From contig JAKLFP010000004.1 in NCBI GenBank assembly GCA_022711115.1, positions 112,648 through 176,647 of the forward strand: a DNA stretch of 64,000 bases. The letters are read 5' to 3'. This DNA is from Candidatus Omnitrophota bacterium (lineage in GTDB: Bacteria; Omnitrophota; Omnitrophia; Omnitrophales; Aquincolibacteriaceae). The translations under genes were made by a program, and so were the position numbers. Shown one piece after another: positions 59,170 through 64,000 of the stretch (position 1 is the stretch's first letter; every line of letters starts with the position of its first letter). A model generated the notes under the pieces. The model had not been told where the DNA came from, made no database searches, and worked only from the letters and a program-made list of their open reading frames with translations.

Positions 59170-60698
59170 TGACAAAGACGTATTATTTGACAACGCCAAT
59201 CTACTATGTGAACGGCAAACCGCATATCGGGCATGCCTACACGAGCATTTTGTGCGACACGTTCGCACGCTTTCACCGGATGCTTGGAGAGCCGGTATTT
59301 TATATTACCGGGACGGATGAACACGGGATCAAGGTCCAGAAAGCCGCGCAGGAACAGAAAAAAGAGCCGAGGGCCTTTGTGGACGAGATCGTGCCGCAGT
59401 TCAAGGAGCTATGGCGCGTGATGGGGATCCAATATGACTATTTCATTCGTACGACCGACGACGATCATAAAAAAGTAGTTCAAAAAATTTTGGCGGACCT
59501 CGAAAAAAAAGGGGATATCTATAAAGCCAAGTATCAGGGTTGGTATTGCACGCCGTGCGAATCGTTCTGGACGGAATTGCAGCTCAAAGACGGAAAGTGT
59601 CCGGATTGTAATCGCGCGGTGGATCGACTTGAAGAGGAAAATTATTTTTTCAAGCTTTCCAAATACCAGGCATGGCTCATCCAGTACATCGAAGATCATC
59701 CCGCATTTATCCAGCCGGAATACCGGAAAAATGAAGTGCTCGGTTTTCTCAAGGAACCGCTCGAAGATCTTTGCATCACGCGGCCCAAGGCCCGTCTTAC
59801 ATGGGGGATCGAATATCCCGGCTCAAAAGACCATGTGGTTTATGTGTGGTTTGACGCGCTTGTCAATTATGTGACCGGTGCCGGGTATCTTCAGGATGAT
59901 AAGAAATTCAAATCGCTTTGGCCCGCGGATATCCATCTTGTGGGGAAAGATATCCTTCGCCAGCACGCCGTGTTTTGGCCGATCATGCTCAAAACCATGG
60001 GTGTGGAAATGCCGAAACTCGTGTTTGCGCACGGCTGGTGGCGGATTGGAGGCGCGAAGATGTCGAAGTCGGTCGGGAATGTCGTGGATCCAATCGCGAT
60101 CGTTCAGAAATACGGCAGCGATGTGCTCCGTTATTTTCTGTTAAACGAAGTGACGCTCGGTCTGGACGGTACTTATTCCGAGGATCTCTTGGCGGAGCGT
60201 TACTCAAGCGATCTTGCGAACAGCCTCGGAAATCTTTGGCACAGGACAGCTTCCATGATCGAAAAATATTTTGAAGGGAAGGTTCCGCAGGGGAAGCAGG
60301 AAAGCCGTTTTTATGATCCCAAGGGCTTGTGGGAGGATGTTTCAAAGGCGATCCTTTCCTATGACCCGCGTGAGGCCGTGGCTCGGATTTGGGCCGTCAT
60401 TACCCGGGCCAATCAGCGTGTGGAAGAAACAAAGCCTTGGATCCTGGCCAAAGACGTTTCGAAAAAAGGAGAACTGGCGGACGTGCTTTTTAATTTGGCA
60501 GACAGTGTGGCTCATGTGGCGGTCCTGTTGCAGGCATTCATGCCGGACACTGCGCACAAAATGCTGAACCGGTTGAAAATGACTCATGGCGAGACAATCG
60601 GTCATGTGTCTGAATTTTGCAAGCCGCTTGTCACTGCGGGAACCGTTCTCGAAAAAGGAGAGCCGCTTTTTCCTCGGTTTGAAGAGAAAAAGTCATGA
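59166..60698 (+). CDS. metG: methionyl-tRNA synthetase (short form, no C-terminal tRNA-binding domain)
   Basis: HIGH motif (PHIGHAYT). KMSKS (KMSKSVGN). Zn knuckle CTPCE...CPDC. Confidence 0.95.
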   Translation: MMTKTYYLTTPIYYVNGKPHIGHAYTSILCDTFARFHRMLGEPVFYITGTDEHGIKVQKAAQEQKKEPRAFVDEIVPQFKELWRVMGIQYDYFIRTTDDDHKKVVQKILADLEKKGDIYKAKYQGWYCTPCESFWTELQLKDGKCPDCNRAVDRLEEENYFFKLSKYQAWLIQYIEDHPAFIQPEYRKNEVLGFLKEPLEDLCITRPKARLTWGIEYPGSKDHVVYVWFDALVNYVTGAGYLQDDKKFKSLWPADIHLVGKDILRQHAVFWPIMLKTMGVEMPKLVFAHGWWRIGGAKMSKSVGNVVDPIAIVQKYGSDVLRYFLLNEVTLGLDGTYSEDLLAERYSSDLANSLGNLWHRTASMIEKYFEGKVPQGKQESRFYDPKGLWEDVSKAILSYDPREAVARIWAVITRANQRVEETKPWILAKDVSKKGELADVLFNLADSVAHVAVLLQAFMPDTAHKMLNRLKMTHGETIGHVSEFCKPLVTAGTVLEKGEPLFPRFEEKKS

Positions 60699-61471
60699 AT
60701 TTGCCCGGGTTAACGGACACCCACCTTCATCTGCACTTTCCTCAATATGATGCGGATCGTGCCGAGGTGATTCAGCGTGCTTTAAAAAACGGATTTTCTT
60801 TTCTCATCAATATCGGCACGGATCTCGAAGATTCCCGGAGGGCGATTGCCATCGCGGAAGAATATCCAGAAGTTTATGCCGCGGTCGGTTATCACCCGCA
60901 TGAGACGAAAACCGCCAATCCCGAGGATCTGGAGGAGCTCGCGAAGCTTCTCGCGCATCCCAAGGTTGTGGCGATCGGCGAGGTGGGACTCGATTATTTT
61001 CATGATCACTCGCCGCGGGATGTTCAGGAAAAACTCTTCCAGACGTTTCTGGATTGGTGCAAGCAATATCAAAAACCCATCATCATCCATTGCCGTGATG
61101 CCTACGCTGATCTTTTACGGACTCTCCGAGGAACAGGACAGACGTCTTTTCGAGGCGTGCTCCATTGTTTTTCTTCAACGGCTGAAACAATGATGCAATT
61201 CTTGGAGTTGGGGTTTTATATCGCCTTTGGGGGCGCTTTGACCTATAAGAAAAATGACAGTTTGCGGGAAGCTTGCAGGCTTTGTCCCGAAGACCGGCTT
61301 CTTTTAGAAACGGATGCGCCTTATCTGGCACCTCAATCGAAACGCGGGCAGCGGAATGAGCCGCTTTTTATGATGGAAACCGCGGAATTTGCGGCGGGAT
61401 TGCGAGGAGTTTCTACGGAAAAAGTTGCGGCATCGACCACAGTGAATGCGAAAAGACTTTTCGGTTTATGA
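60695..61471 (+). CDS. tatD: TatD-family metal-dependent deoxyribonuclease
   Basis: DTHLHL N-terminal motif. GEVGLDY, HCRDA, ETDAPYL. Confidence 0.9.
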   Translation: MNLPGLTDTHLHLHFPQYDADRAEVIQRALKNGFSFLINIGTDLEDSRRAIAIAEEYPEVYAAVGYHPHETKTANPEDLEELAKLLAHPKVVAIGEVGLDYFHDHSPRDVQEKLFQTFLDWCKQYQKPIIIHCRDAYADLLRTLRGTGQTSFRGVLHCFSSTAETMMQFLELGFYIAFGGALTYKKNDSLREACRLCPEDRLLLETDAPYLAPQSKRGQRNEPLFMMETAEFAAGLRGVSTEKVAASTTVNAKRLFGL

Positions 61472-62556
61472 TCAAAGATATCTGTCATTTCTTCAAGACG
61501 GAGAAAAAATATTTTTGGCTCCTTCTCGCCATTTTTTCCTTTTATGCCTTTTTCCTATTTGGATCCCAATCCAGGAATCATCATGCCAAGTTGCTTCCTT
61601 CCAAAGAAATCGTGAAATTTAACCAAACCGAACAAAAGTGGGATGCTGAGATGAGCCGGGAACAAGGATTTGCGGAGTTTGCGAGACGCCAGCCTCGCTT
61701 AGCATTCCTTTTTGAAATTATGGTCCTCTTTTTTGCCGGGGGTTTTTTGGTCGGGTGCGTCATCGATGTCCTGTTTTTGGCAAGCGCCTCATTTCGCGGC
61801 CGGTGGGAATCCCGTAGCCCGCCGGGGGACTCGCCGAAGACTTTTTCGATTCTTTTGAAGGTGGTAATACTTTTTGTTTTCTGGGGAATTGCCTTGAGCT
61901 TTCTGATGGGAATTATCGAAACGGTTTTTCCCAAAGGGGTCTCGGAGAATTTTTTTATGATCTTGCATACGCTGATCATGAACCTCGTCTGTTTTTATTT
62001 TATGATCCGATTCGTGAAGCATTCCGGCGGTAAGTGGCAGGATCTCGGGCTCAGCATTCCGGATTCCGGACTTTTTCGTGAGGTTTGGATGGGCATTGTC
62101 GGTTATTTTAGTGTGCTTCCGGTGTTTTTGATTTCGCTGGTTATTTTGTTCGTGATCGCCAATATGCTTCACTATGAACCTCCGGCGCATCCAATCGTAA
62201 ATGTTTTTTTAGAGGAAGAGAAACGGTCCCCGTTATTGATGGTTGCTTCAATTCTTTTAGGGACGTTGATCGGCCCGATTTTTGAGGAGATTTTTTTTCG
62301 TGGCCTCTGCTATCCCATTCTCAAGAATAGGTGGGGAAAATTCTGGGGGATGGTGCTGAGCGCCGCTTTTTTTGCCGGGATCCACTATTCGGGATTCGTA
62401 TTCTGGCCGATTTTTATTCTTGGGATCGCATTGGCTTATCTTTATGAAAAACGCCGTTCCCTGATCGCCCCCATGACATTTCATGTCGTCAACAATACGA
62501 TTTTCATATTCTACTTTTTCTTAATCAAGCAAGTGATAGGTGTGAAACTTCCTTAA
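61468..62556 (+). CDS. CPBP-family (CAAX/Abi) intramembrane metalloprotease
   Basis: EExxxR motif (FEEIFFRGL). FxxxH (FFAGIHY). Terminal HVVNN motif. Confidence 0.75.
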   Translation: MIKDICHFFKTEKKYFWLLLAIFSFYAFFLFGSQSRNHHAKLLPSKEIVKFNQTEQKWDAEMSREQGFAEFARRQPRLAFLFEIMVLFFAGGFLVGCVIDVLFLASASFRGRWESRSPPGDSPKTFSILLKVVILFVFWGIALSFLMGIIETVFPKGVSENFFMILHTLIMNLVCFYFMIRFVKHSGGKWQDLGLSIPDSGLFREVWMGIVGYFSVLPVFLISLVILFVIANMLHYEPPAHPIVNVFLEEEKRSPLLMVASILLGTLIGPIFEEIFFRGLCYPILKNRWGKFWGMVLSAAFFAGIHYSGFVFWPIFILGIALAYLYEKRRSLIAPMTFHVVNNTIFIFYFFLIKQVIGVKLP

Positions 62557-62558
62557 AA

Positions 62559-63155
62559 ATGATTGTTACTATTCTTTTGCTTCTGATAGCCATAACTATT
62601 CATGAGGTGGGCCATGGCTATGTCGCGCACCGGTTGGGAGACGACACGGCCAAGCGCCATGGAAGGTTGACGCTTAACCCGCTTCGGCATATCGATCCTT
62701 TTTGGACCGTCCTTTTGCCCGTGATGCTTTTTATGGCGACAAAGGGGAGCTTTATTTTCGCCATGGCAAAACCGGTTCCCGTTGATTTTTCCCAACTCAG
62801 GAATCCTCGCCGGGACATGGTCTGGGTGGCATTGGCGGGGCCTTTGACCAATATTTTACTTGCGACTGCGCTTGCCTTCTTGTTTCAAATTACCAATAAT
62901 AATGTGTATGTGCTTTACGGGGTCTACATGAATCTGGGGCTTGCGCTTTTTAACCTCGTTCCAATCCCGCCGCTTGACGGTTCCAGGGTTCTGGCGGGCA
63001 TGCTGCCGGCCCGCTGGGTCTTGCCGTACTTGAGACTGGAACGTTTCGGTTTTCTTTTGGTGGTGCTGTTTTATATGTCGGGTTTATTAATGCAATGGGT
63101 GGTCAGCGGCATGAATTTTTTCTGCTATCTGTTACAGATCCCAACGCTAACATAG
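62559..63155 (+). CDS. site-2 protease family (M50-like) membrane zinc metalloprotease
   Basis: HExxH in the first TM (IHEVGHGY). Conserved LNP motif. Polytopic, 198 aa. Confidence 0.7.
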   Translation: MIVTILLLLIAITIHEVGHGYVAHRLGDDTAKRHGRLTLNPLRHIDPFWTVLLPVMLFMATKGSFIFAMAKPVPVDFSQLRNPRRDMVWVALAGPLTNILLATALAFLFQITNNNVYVLYGVYMNLGLALFNLVPIPPLDGSRVLAGMLPARWVLPYLRLERFGFLLVVLFYMSGLLMQWVVSGMNFFCYLLQIPTLT

Positions 63156-63176
63156 GGGAGATTCCCTGAGGAGTTT

Positions 63177-64000
63177 ATGCAAAATCTCAAAGTTCCGTTC
63201 TCGCCGCTTCATTTTCAAAATGATACGCTTTATCTTCTCGATCAGCGGAAGTTGCCTTTGCGTGAGGTCTGGGTCAGGTGCCGGGATTCCAGGGCCGTTT
63301 GGCAAGCCATCCGGACCATGGTCGTTCGGGGCGCGCCGGCAATCGGAGTAACGGCGGGTTATGGACTTTATCTCGGGATACGTACCTTCCAGGGCAATCG
63401 GAGAGCTTTTTGCCGGAAATTAGTCGAGCAAGCTAAGTATCTTGATTCTTCGAGGCCCACGGCCCGCAATTTGGCGTATGCGGTGGAACGGATCGTCAAA
63501 AAAGTTAACGCAAGCGAAGAATCCAATGTTCTTCGGTTGAAACGCAGGGTTCTGGAAGAAGCCCGCAACATCCATCAAGAGGATATTCTTATCAGTCGCA
63601 ATATCGGGAAATACGGTTCACGTCTTTTTAAAAAAGGAGATTGCATTTTGACACATTGTAACGCCGGCGGTTTGGCGACTTCAGGATACGGGACAGCGCT
63701 TGCGGTGTTTTATGCCATGAAGGAAAAGGGTATTTCTTTCTCAGTTCTCGTGGATGAAACAAGACCGCTTCTGCAAGGCGCGCGGTTGACGGCTTGGGAA
63801 CTTCAAAAGAGCAAAATCCCATCAACGCTCATCTGCGATAATATGGCGGCAAGTCTGATGCGCGCCGGGAAAGTCAACGGAGTTGTTGTGGGCGCGGACC
63901 GTATTGCCATGAACGGCGATACGGCCAACAAGATCGGGACGTATGGCGTTGCGGTGCTGGCGCACCATCACGGCATTCCGTTTTATATTGCGGCACCCAG
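63177..64000 (+). CDS. mtnA: S-methyl-5-thioribose-1-phosphate isomerase, truncated at the window end
   Basis: Not in the ORF track because it runs off the end. LDQRKLP, VRGAPAIGV, SRPTARNL, GADRIAMNGDTANKIGTYGVAVLA. The last motif discriminates MtnA from eIF2B-like paralogs. Confidence 0.8.
   Translation, partial: MQNLKVPFSPLHFQNDTLYLLDQRKLPLREVWVRCRDSRAVWQAIRTMVVRGAPAIGVTAGYGLYLGIRTFQGNRRAFCRKLVEQAKYLDSSRPTARNLAYAVERIVKKVNASEESNVLRLKRRVLEEARNIHQEDILISRNIGKYGSRLFKKGDCILTHCNAGGLATSGYGTALAVFYAMKEKGISFSVLVDETRPLLQGARLTAWELQKSKIPSTLICDNMAASLMRAGKVNGVVVGADRIAMNGDTANKIGTYGVAVLAHHHGIPFYIAAP

Noticed and set aside
1-64000. CRISPR arrays, rRNA genes, or recognisable defence systems (RM, TA, Cas, abortive infection)
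   Set aside because: No regularly spaced direct repeats, no rRNA-like conserved stretches, and no defence-gene motifs seen. The PLD-family nuclease carries a signal peptide and looks like a secreted Nuc rather than a defence effector.

Overview
This 64-kb window looks like a diderm bacterium with a moderate-GC core and AT-rich accessory patches. LolCDE, MlaEFD, Lnt and an AsmA-like protein indicate an outer membrane. Gene order is Firmicutes-like in several places (mcsA-mcsB-clpC, yacL-ispDF-cysS, tmk-holB-metG-tatD), so I make no firm taxon call. Housekeeping backbone: prfB (with the classic +1 frameshift), secA, lnt, lysS, lolCD, ilvE-like, mcsA/mcsB/clpC, mlaEFD, ispDF, cysS, tmk, holB, metG, tatD, and partial mtnA. 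Three regions stand out. (1) 0.25-8.1 kb holds three paralogous membrane proteins whose conserved motifs match eukaryotic ALG10/DIE2 (GT59), the dolichol-linked glucosyltransferase, plus another large polytopic membrane protein and a membrane-anchored SGNH hydrolase. A TMTC-like TPR membrane protein and a GT2 enzyme lie farther along. Together these suggest an undescribed lipid-linked glycosylation system with eukaryote-like components. (2) 27.7-36.3 kb is a tight type II FAS/PKS-like operon with a terminal thioester reductase and a membrane GT2, reminiscent of aryl-polyene or alkyl-glycoside clusters but matching none that I know. Its genes are FabL-like enoyl reductase, SAM methyltransferase, two hot-dog dehydratases, an extended ACP, an AcpS-type PPTase, a KS/CLF pair, the reductase, and a Lys-rich secreted protein. 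(3) 9.4-19.8 kb is a compositionally distinct accessory patch ending at tRNA-His. It carries an IS481-like IS with compound inverted repeats, an integrase fragment, a duplicated ~100-bp palindromic element, an AlpA-like gene and secreted cargo proteins. All calls rest on motif recognition by eye; no database searches were run.
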